Virus record (IMG/VR): IMGVR_UViG_3300036770_004723
Coordinates: 124,001-188,000 of that record
Direction: 5' to 3' (one strand)
Length of the DNA stretch: 64,000 nucleotides
Positions 7,425-17,387 of the stretch are shown piece by piece (position 1 is the stretch's first letter; each line of letters begins with the position of its first letter). The translations under genes and the position numbers were made by a program. Below the pieces are notes generated by a model. The model was not told the origin of the DNA. It ran no database searches and saw nothing but the letters and a program-made list of their open reading frames with translations.

Positions 7425-9770
7425 ATGCACAGACTTAATGCGTTTTCTGTTAAAAACGTTTTGACCTTTCAAGACACTACAATAGAGTTAGGTACAGAAC
7501 ATGGCTTGTATGTTATACAAGGACAAAACAAAGATAGCAGGTTAGCCAACAATACAAATGCCGTAGGTAAAAGCCGTTTATTTGCTGCTATACCCACAGT
7601 TTTATATGAAACAGATCCGTTATCTTTAAAGAAAAGAAACAAGAAAGATATTTTAAAATCCAAAACAAGCTGCATGTCATTGGATATTACTAGTCATGGA
7701 AAAGAGCGATTCCTTTTCCAACAAATGCCTAGTAACTATTTAGTACATAAATATGAAAACAGTAAATTCGTTAATATAAATGAAGCAGGAAAAGCTGTTA
7801 AATTGGAAATAGCTAGGAATTATATTTCAAAAGCATTTCCTATCTCAGAGTCATTATTTTACTCTACTTGTTATATTAGTGATCAGCGTAATTGTAATTT
7901 TTTAAATGCTACTTCAAGAGATCGCCTTGCATTTATAACCGATATTTTCGGTCTTGATGTTTACGATCAGTTAAGAAAATATTTTACTAAGAAGCTAGGT
8001 GAAGTAGCTAAAGCAGAAATTGAGTATCAAACTTTAGCCAAAGAATTGCTAGCAGCACAGACCAGACTGTCAGAACTTAATTGGTCTGATGTTAAATCGT
8101 CAAAATTAAAAAAATATAAAACAGAACAAGAAAATTTAAGAAACGATTTAACTAAGCGGTACTCGCGTCTTGGTGAGCTGAAACTTGCACGTACTAAAAG
8201 TGAAAAACTTGAGCAATTACTAGAACATAAAAAAACATTTAGTAAAGAAATAAAGATTCTTACAACAAAACAGGCAGAGCTTGAACTTAAGAATTCATCT
8301 TCTCAGTTGAAAATAGCTGAAATTTATGCAAACTATTTAGAAGATTTAACAGAGTATAAGCAGAGAAAAAAGAAGCTAAATCAAGAACTAGACGACCTAG
8401 AAAAATTAGATCTTACCGAAGAACAATTAGAGAAAAAACATGATGTTCTAACAAGCGAAATTGAGTCGTTGTATAAAATACAAGAAAGGTATCTTGCTCT
8501 AAAAGAAAACTATGATGAAAAAATAGCAGAGTACGAAAAGTATGTAAGACAGTCTAAAAAATTGCTAAGTGCTTTGTTGTCTACACCTACTGCAAAAAAA
8601 TTTAAATTAACTGAAAATTCCATTGACGATGTATTGCCTTTGATTCAAGAATCTTATGATATGGCACGTACAACAGTGTCAATTGCACGTAAGTTATCTG
8701 ACCACGATCATAAAGGAATGTGTGCCGTATGTGGATCTAGTACAACAACCAAAGATGTTAAAGCTCGTTTAAAATCTGCTGAAGCTTTAATAGAAGACCT
8801 TCAACCTTTAAAAGAATATCTTGCGTTAGATGAAGTTAAAAAGCCGAAAAAGGTGGAAGGAAAAGACCAAACCGATTTACTTAAATCGAAAAGACAAAAA
8901 CTTAAATCAATAACAAACGATCTACAACTGTCTAGAAAAATCAAGTCAATTAACGATAGAATAAAAGATTTAAAGAAACCTAAAGAGCCAAAGCATAAAC
9001 CTAACAAGTCACTTAAAGAACTTAAAGACTCGGTAAAGAACTTGGAGTCTTACGTTTCTTTGATGACACGTATTAAAGACATAGGGACAGTTTCATATGA
9101 CAAGAAACTATACAAGGAAACTCAAAATCGTATTTCATTACTTGAAAATAGAGTAAATGAATTAGAGACCTTTATACGAAAACTGGATTTAAGTAGGATA
9201 GAACATTCTAACTATTCGCAAATTGTAAAAGACTTGAGCTTTAAAGTAGCAGAAGTAGAGCCTTTATTGCGTGAAAGGGAAAAACTGAAAACTTTACAAA
9301 CAGCCTATTCTCCGAATAATTTAAAACTACAAGCTGCTGAACAAATTGTCAGTGAATTAGAAGACAGTTTAAATCGTTATAGTAGCCTTGTATTTTTGGA
9401 ACCTATGAAGTTTCAGATTCGTACCGTAAAAGATGGTATTAGCGCTACAGTAACACGTAACAACGGTGAAAGTAGCGATATAATTCATTTATCTGGTGCA
9501 GAAGCCAACTGTTTCCGTTTATTGTTTTTTTATAGTCTTGTACGTCTTTTACCTGAAAACAAACGTACAAATTTCTTAATATTAGATGAACCTGATAGTA
9601 GATGTAGTGCTGCAATTAGATCACATCTAATTCGTGAATTTTTACCTAACCTGAGAAAAGTAGTACCTCACGTCTTTTGGATAACACCTAAGAGTGTTCA
9701 TGATTTTCAAGATCATAAACTGCTTACTGTTATCAAGGAAAAAGGAGTATCTAGGTTAGAACTTACTTAA
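7425..9770 (+). CDS. sbcC: SbcC/Rad50-like ABC ATPase (recombination nuclease subunit)
   Basis: NAVGKS Walker A, long coiled coil with CAVC zinc hook, LSGAE signature, LILDEP Walker B. Confidence 0.9.
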   Translation: MHRLNAFSVKNVLTFQDTTIELGTEHGLYVIQGQNKDSRLANNTNAVGKSRLFAAIPTVLYETDPLSLKKRNKKDILKSKTSCMSLDITSHGKERFLFQQMPSNYLVHKYENSKFVNINEAGKAVKLEIARNYISKAFPISESLFYSTCYISDQRNCNFLNATSRDRLAFITDIFGLDVYDQLRKYFTKKLGEVAKAEIEYQTLAKELLAAQTRLSELNWSDVKSSKLKKYKTEQENLRNDLTKRYSRLGELKLARTKSEKLEQLLEHKKTFSKEIKILTTKQAELELKNSSSQLKIAEIYANYLEDLTEYKQRKKKLNQELDDLEKLDLTEEQLEKKHDVLTSEIESLYKIQERYLALKENYDEKIAEYEKYVRQSKKLLSALLSTPTAKKFKLTENSIDDVLPLIQESYDMARTTVSIARKLSDHDHKGMCAVCGSSTTTKDVKARLKSAEALIEDLQPLKEYLALDEVKKPKKVEGKDQTDLLKSKRQKLKSITNDLQLSRKIKSINDRIKDLKKPKEPKHKPNKSLKELKDSVKNLESYVSLMTRIKDIGTVSYDKKLYKETQNRISLLENRVNELETFIRKLDLSRIEHSNYSQIVKDLSFKVAEVEPLLREREKLKTLQTAYSPNNLKLQAAEQIVSELEDSLNRYSSLVFLEPMKFQIRTVKDGISATVTRNNGESSDIIHLSGAEANCFRLLFFYSLVRLLPENKRTNFLILDEPDSRCSAAIRSHLIREFLPNLRKVVPHVFWITPKSVHDFQDHKLLTVIKEKGVSRLELT

Positions 9771-9781
9771 AAGGAATATAC

Positions 9782-10672
9782 ATGAGTAAAACCTTAGTTA
9801 TTTATAACGCACATACTTTAGATGGACAAGCAGGTGCGTTAGCTGCTTATTATAAAATTGGTAAGCATAGTGAATTCATGGCATTTGATTATGGAAAATT
9901 AAGTGTCATGGATTACTTTATAAAAGGAACGTATTTAAAAGTATTGTATGTGATAGGATTACATTTGACAGCTAATGACATAGCTAGATTATGTCAGTAC
10001 GCACAAACAATTTGCTATATAGATCATGTTAATGTTGAATTACCTGAGACCATTAAGAATAAAGTAAAAATCATAAATATTCCTAATCGCTGTACTTGTG
10101 TTACTGCATGGGCACATTTCATGCCTACTCAAATGATACCTCAAATGTTTCATATAATTGAAGACGTTGTATTAGGTAAAAATGAAATAACAAACAGCAG
10201 ATCAGCATACGAAGGTTTGCGTTATCGACTTTTACAGTGTGAAGAAAATGCTTTTATAATGAATATGCAAGCGTTTCTACAAAATGATCCTACTGAGCTT
10301 ATCATGGATGGGCTTCATGTTGGATCTATGTTTAAAGTCATAGCTTCAAATTTAGCAGGTAATCATTCTAAGTCATCATTGTTAAATAGAGCAGTTGCTT
10401 GCATTAATGCACCTAAGTTATTTGGTTATTCTATATGTCATAATCTAATGCAAAAAGGTTATGACTATGTTTTGCTTTATTCTGACTGTTGTAATCAAAG
10501 TTATGTTTATAGAAGTTGGACAATAGCTGCTAAAAAAGATTTAAAAGTAGATGCAGCTAAAATAGCTTTACTCTTTAACGGTTTTGGTACTGAACGTTTC
10601 GCTGGATTTACTACAACCTCTATATTACGTGACCATGATATCATACATGAAGTAAATCGTTGTTTTATGTAA
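9782..10672 (+). CDS. DHH/DHHA1 phosphoesterase-like protein with degenerate catalytic motifs
   Basis: VIYNAHTLDG, YIDHV in place of DHH, NGFGTERFAGF in place of GGGHxxAAG. Confidence 0.7.
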   Translation: MSKTLVIYNAHTLDGQAGALAAYYKIGKHSEFMAFDYGKLSVMDYFIKGTYLKVLYVIGLHLTANDIARLCQYAQTICYIDHVNVELPETIKNKVKIINIPNRCTCVTAWAHFMPTQMIPQMFHIIEDVVLGKNEITNSRSAYEGLRYRLLQCEENAFIMNMQAFLQNDPTELIMDGLHVGSMFKVIASNLAGNHSKSSLLNRAVACINAPKLFGYSICHNLMQKGYDYVLLYSDCCNQSYVYRSWTIAAKKDLKVDAAKIALLFNGFGTERFAGFTTTSILRDHDIIHEVNRCFM

Positions 10673-10673
10673 A

Positions 10674-10683
10674 ACTGTAAATA
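10674..10683 (+). promoter_or_regulatory. ACTGTAAATA candidate promoter element
   Basis: In a short intergenic gap upstream of the AAGGAG SD and the gene at 10706. Confidence 0.6.
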
Positions 10684-10705
10684 TGATCGTATAAGGAGAG
10701 CGATC

Positions 10706-11506
10706 ATGCCTAGTTCTACATTTTTTGCTATAGCAGGTCACGCACCTGATGAATTAATAAAAGAGTTGCTACATATAGACAGTGCGCCCTATTACTACAC
10801 AGTTAAAGCCGGAGAACGTCTTAGTAAAAAAATAAATAAAAAATATATTATTTGCCTACGTACCGAAGATTTCGTACTTAACTACAAATTTTTAATCGGT
10901 ACAGGCAAAAAGATTTTTGTATTCGGATCTCCGCTTTTTTTCATGAACTACATGGGATTTACTTTTTTAGATTTTGAGATAGATGAAAAAGATTGCTCTA
11001 GGATACACATATTAGACAATTTAAATTTAAATTTGCTAAAAGATGCTGCATCGAGTCCTATTATAAAGCACGATGTTAGTTATTTTGAATGTGTTGTAGA
11101 AAAAGCAAAAGCAGGATCTATATTTGACAAACTTATGAGTTACATCTATAAGCTACCTGCTAAAACACATCAAAAGCCAGTTAAAAAACTTTGTTGTTTA
11201 TGTGTTAGGAATAATTGGAGCGCACCTAGACTTAAAAAAGAATTAAGTGACCTTACATCTATTATAAAAATAAGTTCTGAAATACAGAATGCTTTGACAG
11301 AGATATTAAACTCTTACACCGCAGTTAGATATAAGAATGCTTTTAAATTAATTAAATCTGAATCTGATGTACCTAAAGTAGCAGCAAATGCAGATTTGAA
11401 CCCTTACGAATTTATGTATATACTTAAGATGTTGGAAAAAGATAAAAAAGTAGAAAATCATACAGAAATAAGCATCGACAGTTATCTAGCTAATGAGAAG
11501 AAATAA
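10706..11506 (+). CDS. Hypothetical protein
   Basis: Strong AAGGAG SD; 266-aa ORF. Confidence 0.75.
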   Translation: MPSSTFFAIAGHAPDELIKELLHIDSAPYYYTVKAGERLSKKINKKYIICLRTEDFVLNYKFLIGTGKKIFVFGSPLFFMNYMGFTFLDFEIDEKDCSRIHILDNLNLNLLKDAASSPIIKHDVSYFECVVEKAKAGSIFDKLMSYIYKLPAKTHQKPVKKLCCLCVRNNWSAPRLKKELSDLTSIIKISSEIQNALTEILNSYTAVRYKNAFKLIKSESDVPKVAANADLNPYEFMYILKMLEKDKKVENHTEISIDSYLANEKK

Positions 11507-12300
11507 TGAATTCTAGATTAGAGTACTTAGAAGTTTACAAAAGATCTATTAGTTTAATATTGCGTCATTTAATACATGTTTTATATTCATCTGCCAATCA
11601 AAAAAATGAAATCAGTTTAGACCCACAAAAGTTGTTGGAGTACCTTGCTTCTGTAACTGACGGACCTTTAGAAGCTGTATCTGGATCAGAACGAGTATTA
11701 ATAAGTGCTATTCTTGTAGGTTACTCTAAAAGTTTTTACGAACAGACTTACAATTATGTAAAAAACTTACCTATAGACCTTGAAGAATTTAATATAGAAT
11801 TTAATACAAAGGACACTTACGACTTTATTAAAAGTGTTAAAAGCATTAGAAAGTACTTTAATAGTCGAGTTGACTTTTCTGACACACTGAATAAATTGGT
11901 GGATATTGGCTTTATTTCAAAACACAAAGCATTCAGCCATGTTCAAAGCCTTGGACGCACGTATATGATTATACTTAGTCCTCAATTCGTACAAGACTTT
12001 TATTCTAAGTACTATTTAAGTCACATGGCTGTTGAAGGTAAAGAAATTAACATAGCTGATTATGTTGGATCCAACATAGCTAAAATAACTCTAGATCAAG
12101 GTGTAATAGAATTTGGTAAAGGCTCAGGTATAGGTGAATTTATTGAATTCTGCTCCAAATTCAAAAAAGAATGGGATAGGCAAGGAATCCCATTCTACAA
12201 AGCAGTTACAATAGCTTTGCTATGTAGTGAACCTAAAGGCGTTTTTTGTTATGTCAAAAACAACTGCTATAGATACCTACACTTGTTGGATGAATCATGA
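11506..12300 (+). CDS. Hypothetical protein
   Basis: TAATG coupling with the upstream gene. Confidence 0.7.
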   Translation: MNSRLEYLEVYKRSISLILRHLIHVLYSSANQKNEISLDPQKLLEYLASVTDGPLEAVSGSERVLISAILVGYSKSFYEQTYNYVKNLPIDLEEFNIEFNTKDTYDFIKSVKSIRKYFNSRVDFSDTLNKLVDIGFISKHKAFSHVQSLGRTYMIILSPQFVQDFYSKYYLSHMAVEGKEINIADYVGSNIAKITLDQGVIEFGKGSGIGEFIEFCSKFKKEWDRQGIPFYKAVTIALLCSEPKGVFCYVKNNCYRYLHLLDES

Positions 12301-12626
12301 AAATATTAAATTTAGCACATAACTTAAAAACAGAAAAAAATCCATTAATACAAAAATCCATTATTAATGAGTTTGGTGTGAAAAAAGTAGCCTTAGCCAA
12401 GGCATTGGCCGATTTGCTTCCTGATGATTTTGGCAGTACCTTAGTTTTTCCTACAAGTAAAGTTCTTATGTTATTTAAAATTTATTTACATGAACTGGAT
12501 CCAAAACATCTTATGCTTCCTGTTCAGGATATAACAGAAATGTTTAAGTTGATATCAGAGTTGAGTCAGACGAATGAAATATTTTTAGACTCATGTTCTA
12601 AAAACATAATAATCAAAAATGATTGA
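12297..12626 (+). CDS. Hypothetical protein
   Basis: ATGA overlap. Confidence 0.65.
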   Translation: MKILNLAHNLKTEKNPLIQKSIINEFGVKKVALAKALADLLPDDFGSTLVFPTSKVLMLFKIYLHELDPKHLMLPVQDITEMFKLISELSQTNEIFLDSCSKNIIIKND

Positions 12627-12635
12627 AGGTAGAGT

Positions 12636-12953
12636 ATGAGCGAATCTTTTTCTTTAGTGCGATATAGTCCTTGCCGTAACAAAAGAAAAACATACTATTT
12701 CTCTATACTACCTAAAGACTTCAATGTTCCTAGTATTACATTCACTGACTATACTTACTCTAAGCTAATAGATGGAAAGTGGAAAATATTAAAAACATTT
12801 AGTGCCATAGGTCATCCAAGCAATTTAACAAATTTAGATGTCCCTGACTTTGTTTGGAAAATGGCCTACGCTCACTATATAAAATTCATAAAAAAGAATT
12901 TATTAATTCACCATCATAAGGGAACGTATGTTTCACGCAGTATTTTCAAGTGA
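12636..12953 (+). CDS. Hypothetical protein
   Basis: 105-aa ORF with GAAGGT upstream. Confidence 0.6.
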   Translation: MSESFSLVRYSPCRNKRKTYYFSILPKDFNVPSITFTDYTYSKLIDGKWKILKTFSAIGHPSNLTNLDVPDFVWKMAYAHYIKFIKKNLLIHHHKGTYVSRSIFK

Positions 12954-13977
12954 CTGGCACTTTGATGGATTGAGAAATCATTATCCACAAGATCATGCTA
13001 GACGTACAATGCGAGAAGTAGAGAAAGCTTACCAGTACGCTATTAAAAAATCAATTCCTTATATGATTGTTGCTGGTGATATAAGTGACAGTTATAAGAT
13101 GACTCCTGAAAGTTTGAAAGCTCTTTTGGAGTTATTGATTAGACACGACGATCATGTTACAACCTACTATATGACAGGTAATCATGACTACGCCGATTCG
13201 ACAACTACGAGTTTGAATATATTTGAATCTATGGTAGAGTTTAAAATGTTAAAAAACTTCATTGTAGTTAAAGATCTTAAACAGATCAAACTCGATGGTG
13301 TAACTTTAAACTTCTGCCCATTTCCACATACTCAACTACAAAAAGTCAAAGCACCTTGCTTGAATATCATTCATCAAGATGTTGCAGGTGCCGTAGGTGA
13401 CAACGGCCGCGAATTAAAAGTAAAACATGATATTGAAATAGATTCTGACAAAGATTTCACTGTAAGCGGCCATATACATAAACATCAGTATCTTAAAAAA
13501 CGAAGATTGCTGTATAACGGATCTCTGTTTCAAAAGACCTTCGGCGAAGAGTTACCTAAAGGCTTTGTTGATCTAAAGGCTAAAGTAGTTAACGGAAAAT
13601 TGAAGGTAACTTGGGAATTTGTGGAGAATCGTCCTCATTTTGAGTTACGTACTATCAAGGTGCTAGATCAAAAACAATTCTCAGACCTTGAAGATGATCC
13701 AAATGTCCGTTATAGGATTTATGTTAGTGATGACGTCGTAGTTCCAGCTAGACTAAGGCAGCAGTATACTAATATTGATCAGCTGTGGTCTATAAAAGGG
13801 AAAAGTCTAACCAAGGATTTTGATGTAGAAAATTTGAATAGTGAATTAAAAGACTTACCTAAAATTGACCCTTTGCTTGGCTTAAAAGATTTTTTCAAAA
13901 AGAATAAAAAAACAAAATCTGATTTTTTGGAAGCTAAGCAGATTGTAAAGCAAGCACTCTCCGAATTAGGTTATTAA
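12928..13977 (+). CDS. sbcD: SbcD/Mre11-like nuclease
   Basis: SDWH, AGDISD, GNHD, HQ, SGHIHKHQ, YNGSLFQKTFGE..KGF motifs. Confidence 0.9.
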   Translation: MFHAVFSSDWHFDGLRNHYPQDHARRTMREVEKAYQYAIKKSIPYMIVAGDISDSYKMTPESLKALLELLIRHDDHVTTYYMTGNHDYADSTTTSLNIFESMVEFKMLKNFIVVKDLKQIKLDGVTLNFCPFPHTQLQKVKAPCLNIIHQDVAGAVGDNGRELKVKHDIEIDSDKDFTVSGHIHKHQYLKKRRLLYNGSLFQKTFGEELPKGFVDLKAKVVNGKLKVTWEFVENRPHFELRTIKVLDQKQFSDLEDDPNVRYRIYVSDDVVVPARLRQQYTNIDQLWSIKGKSLTKDFDVENLNSELKDLPKIDPLLGLKDFFKKNKKTKSDFLEAKQIVKQALSELGY

Positions 13978-14087
13978 AAATTTTATTTTATTTTATTTTA
14001 TTTTTTAAATAATAATAATTTTTTACTATGAGAATTGTGAGAGGTTCTCTGGAGAGTAAATAAACATTTAATTTTTGGAGGCCAAAA

Positions 14088-14759
14088 ATGGCTACTACTG
14101 GTAAAGGTAAAGGTAAAGGCGGTACTGGTGCAGGTTCTCGCTTAAACGGTAACGTGAATGCTAAGACCACTAAGCAAACACAGAAGCAAAAAGCTGCTGC
14201 TGCTGGTCATGGTAAGAAAATGACAGCTGCTGAAAAAGCAAAAGCAGCAAAAGCAGCGGCCTTGCGTGATAGAAAGAAAACTCCTGCCGAGAAAAAATTC
14301 GAAGCAGAACGCGCTAAAGTTTTAGCTGAACGTCGTGCTAAAAAAGAAGGTAAAAAACCTGCTGCTGATAAAAAACCGGCTGCAACAAAAACTTTCGCTG
14401 ATCGTTTAAAAGCGTGGAAAGAACGCGGTAAGACAATTACTGATAGTTTCAAAAAACGTATGACGGATCTTAAAAAACGTCAGTCAGATGCTTTAGCTTT
14501 GCGTAAGAAAAAACAAGCTGAAGCGCGTGAACGTTTAGCTGAACGTTACAAAATGTCCAAAGAAAAATGGGAAAAACGTCAACCACAGAAAGCTCAAGCT
14601 CCAAAAGCTCCAGCAGGTAAAGCTCCAAAAGCTCCAGCAGGTAAAGCTCCAAAAGCTCCAAAAGCTCCAGCAGGTAAAGCTCCAAAAGCTCCAGCAGGTA
14701 AAGCTCCAAAAGCTCCAGCAGGTAAAGCTCCAGCAAGCGGCCGTTTCCCTAAAAAGTAA
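14088..14759 (+). CDS. Histone H1/AlgP-like Lys/Ala-rich DNA-binding protein
   Basis: GGAGG SD; K/A/P-rich with KAPKAPAG repeats; strongly biased codons; own terminator. Confidence 0.8.
   Translation: MATTGKGKGKGGTGAGSRLNGNVNAKTTKQTQKQKAAAAGHGKKMTAAEKAKAAKAAALRDRKKTPAEKKFEAERAKVLAERRAKKEGKKPAADKKPAATKTFADRLKAWKERGKTITDSFKKRMTDLKKRQSDALALRKKKQAEARERLAERYKMSKEKWEKRQPQKAQAPKAPAGKAPKAPAGKAPKAPKAPAGKAPKAPAGKAPKAPAGKAPASGRFPKK
14589..14735 (+). repeat. In-frame tandem repeat, mainly a 24-nt unit AAAGCTCCAAAAGCTCCAGCAGGT (KAPKAPAG)
   Basis: About five copies, one with an extra 9-nt KAP unit. Confidence 0.92.
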
Positions 14760-14763
14760 TAGT

Positions 14764-14793
14764 AAAAAAGGCAGCCTTCGGGTTGCCTTTTTT
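14764..14793 (+). terminator. Rho-independent terminator (UUCG loop)
   Basis: A-run GGCAGCC TTCG GGTTGCC T-run; identical core at 28269. Confidence 0.92.
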
Positions 14794-14874
14794 GTTTTCC
14801 TGTTTGTTTTTCTTATACGTGATGTATGTATAATTTATTTGTAAGTTATTAAAGTCAATCTATTTGAGGACTAT

Positions 14875-16260
14875 ATGTTTAAAGTTGACCTTTTTTCAAA
14901 GCAGGCTGACAAGATTAGAAGCGCAAGATCTTTTCAAGAATTAAATTCTCTAATCAGTGGCATGATAGAAAATGTAGACGAACTATCAGAACAGACGGAT
15001 AAGTTTCTACAATCTCTTTCAAAAAATAAACCAAAAACAGTAGTGTATACTATTGCATTATCTAATAGTAACCGTATTGAATTAGGTGATTTACCTGCAC
15101 CTAAACAAAAGAAAACAAAAGAAACTGGTGATATTATTCCAGCATCTAGTATTAAGTTTCCAAGTGTTACTCCAGATTTTACATCGTTTAAAGCACCTGA
15201 TCTTACTGAAATCACAAGAGAGAATATGGTGCTGCATAAACTAGAGCAGCAAATTACAGAATTACAAGTTGCTGAGCAGGTACTACTAAGCAACACTTTA
15301 TTTTCTAAAATGGAAAATAATAAAGCCTTACGTTTAGAATTAAGGCAAGCAATTAATAAAGGTAAGGTCGCCATAGCAGATCAATTAAAAGCTATGGCAA
15401 AAATTGCCAGAGAAAGCAGACCTAAACATTTAGCTGCTATGATAGACAGTACAGTTAAATTCTTGAACGAGATTATATTAAAACAGCAATTTACTCAGAT
15501 TGTTCCTAGAACATTCGTGTACAAAAGCGATCCATCTTATTCTGGAAAAGATAATCAGATTAATTATCAGACTTTTATTCATATCAAAGATTTTGTGTCT
15601 GACTCTGAGGTCTTAGATAGTTATTCTATTGTCCTTACTTGCTCTATTGATATGGATGATGGCGTTATTAGTTATCATGTTACAAGTTTAACTTCAGATA
15701 AAATTCCTGGTAGTTTCCCTGTAGGTAAACCATTAAAAACATCTAATGAATTACGTAATATGGTAATGGGACTTGTTAAGCGAGATACTAGAAATGTTAC
15801 AGGAGATCGAGTTGCTTTTGGTTTGAATACTAAACAGATGCGGCGTACCACTGAATTTCTGCAACTTGAATTTGTTGATGACATGAGACAGCAAGATGAT
15901 TACTTACTATTCCGTCTTGTAAAAGGTCTGTCTGAAGACGAACAGCATGAAGCGGTTTTGCAAATCGGTGCCGCAGTTGATAAAGTATTTTATAACAAAT
16001 TAACTGATGTACGTAAGCAGATGTCTGTACGTCAAGGTTCTCGTGTAACAGAAGAAGAAAAGAAACAAGCAAAACGAAAAGTTAATATACGTCCTGGTAT
16101 TGAACTTAAAGTTGGTCGAAATAGTAGACGCCTATTTGTTCGAGTGGCTCTTTTACCTAAAACAAAATTGGAAATCACTCGTGATAAATTAAGAAAACTC
16201 GGTACTGAACTTAATATATCACAAAATGCTCTCAATAATATTATGCGGCATATTCAATGA
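14875..16260 (+). CDS. Hypothetical, probably virion protein
   Basis: GAGGA SD; 461 aa; IALS-NS motif near residue 62. Confidence 0.75.
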   Translation: MFKVDLFSKQADKIRSARSFQELNSLISGMIENVDELSEQTDKFLQSLSKNKPKTVVYTIALSNSNRIELGDLPAPKQKKTKETGDIIPASSIKFPSVTPDFTSFKAPDLTEITRENMVLHKLEQQITELQVAEQVLLSNTLFSKMENNKALRLELRQAINKGKVAIADQLKAMAKIARESRPKHLAAMIDSTVKFLNEIILKQQFTQIVPRTFVYKSDPSYSGKDNQINYQTFIHIKDFVSDSEVLDSYSIVLTCSIDMDDGVISYHVTSLTSDKIPGSFPVGKPLKTSNELRNMVMGLVKRDTRNVTGDRVAFGLNTKQMRRTTEFLQLEFVDDMRQQDDYLLFRLVKGLSEDEQHEAVLQIGAAVDKVFYNKLTDVRKQMSVRQGSRVTEEEKKQAKRKVNIRPGIELKVGRNSRRLFVRVALLPKTKLEITRDKLRKLGTELNISQNALNNIMRHIQ

Positions 16261-17387
16261 TACATTCACAAGCTCGATCCACGTTCAAACTAAATCCTAT
16301 TAATGGAATTACAAAAACAGTAAGACGAGCTTTGAATTTTAATGAAAGCTCAGTAATTGATACAAAGCAAATAGGATCTCTGTTAGAGACTTTGTTAAAA
16401 AGGCTTGATAGCTATCCATTTGCTTTAGTGAGGTCAAATTCCTTTAGCCTTATAAATATTTCTACTGTATCAAGTAGTTTTGGTTATTCTAAAATCGAAT
16501 TTTTGAAAAACAAAAGAACCTCAGTTAATCAGGTGTTTTTTACGTTTTCAGTTATTCCATCGCCTGCAAAAAACATAAAACAAGAAAATAGTGTAGATCT
16601 TATCGAAAATGATTTTATGTTTGGAACTAATAGAAGTAACATAAACTATTTGGTTGTTACTTTAGATCAATCCGAAAAGCGACATGGTATTAATTACCAA
16701 ATGCTTAAAAATCTAGAGACCTTATATAATATTGTGGGCGTAGTAACAAAAAGCTTCGTAGTCAATCCTCGCGGCTGGTGGGAATCTGATATATATGTGA
16801 CAAACTATCAACGAGTTTTGTATGATCGTTATTACAGTCGAAGTCCAGAACTTCTTTTTAAAGAAGACCCTATAGGGTTTTGGATATACAGCAAACATGT
16901 ATGGTCAGATTTTCCACATTTAATTTTAACCAGACTGATCGATGAAAACTTCTATAAATATTTTACTTTGTTTATTCTTGATACTATATACGTTAACGAT
17001 GAATTAAGTTACGGCACCAAAGATTGGATGTATGGGAAAACAGGATCTCTGGTTCAATACTATATATCAGGCATAAAAAAACTTTTGGTAATGTTAAACA
17101 ATACTAATGAAATAAACAGTATCTCAGAACTAGAGGACTCTGTGTATTGTATAATTCATTTACTTTATCGTTATGTAGAGGCCGAAGGAATTAACTTAGA
17201 TCCAAAACTTCCTATTACCCTATATAATAGGTTAGCTTCCTACGTTGGAAAACAGTCCGATCAATATCAAGTTAAAGATTTATTCTTTAAACTGTTCTCA
17301 GGCACAGAAAGGGCAGCTTATGATTTACTGGATAAAAGTTTTGAATTCGAAAAACTCGCAGAGAACCTATTCGGAGATTTAAAATGA
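16257..17387 (+). CDS. Hypothetical protein
   Basis: ATGA overlaps on both sides. Confidence 0.72.
   Translation: MIHSQARSTFKLNPINGITKTVRRALNFNESSVIDTKQIGSLLETLLKRLDSYPFALVRSNSFSLINISTVSSSFGYSKIEFLKNKRTSVNQVFFTFSVIPSPAKNIKQENSVDLIENDFMFGTNRSNINYLVVTLDQSEKRHGINYQMLKNLETLYNIVGVVTKSFVVNPRGWWESDIYVTNYQRVLYDRYYSRSPELLFKEDPIGFWIYSKHVWSDFPHLILTRLIDENFYKYFTLFILDTIYVNDELSYGTKDWMYGKTGSLVQYYISGIKKLLVMLNNTNEINSISELEDSVYCIIHLLYRYVEAEGINLDPKLPITLYNRLASYVGKQSDQYQVKDLFFKLFSGTERAAYDLLDKSFEFEKLAENLFGDLK

Noticed and set aside
14470-14736. Minus-strand LLELY-repeat ORF, and similar ones at 19435-19678
   Set aside because: Antisense shadows of the coding repeats
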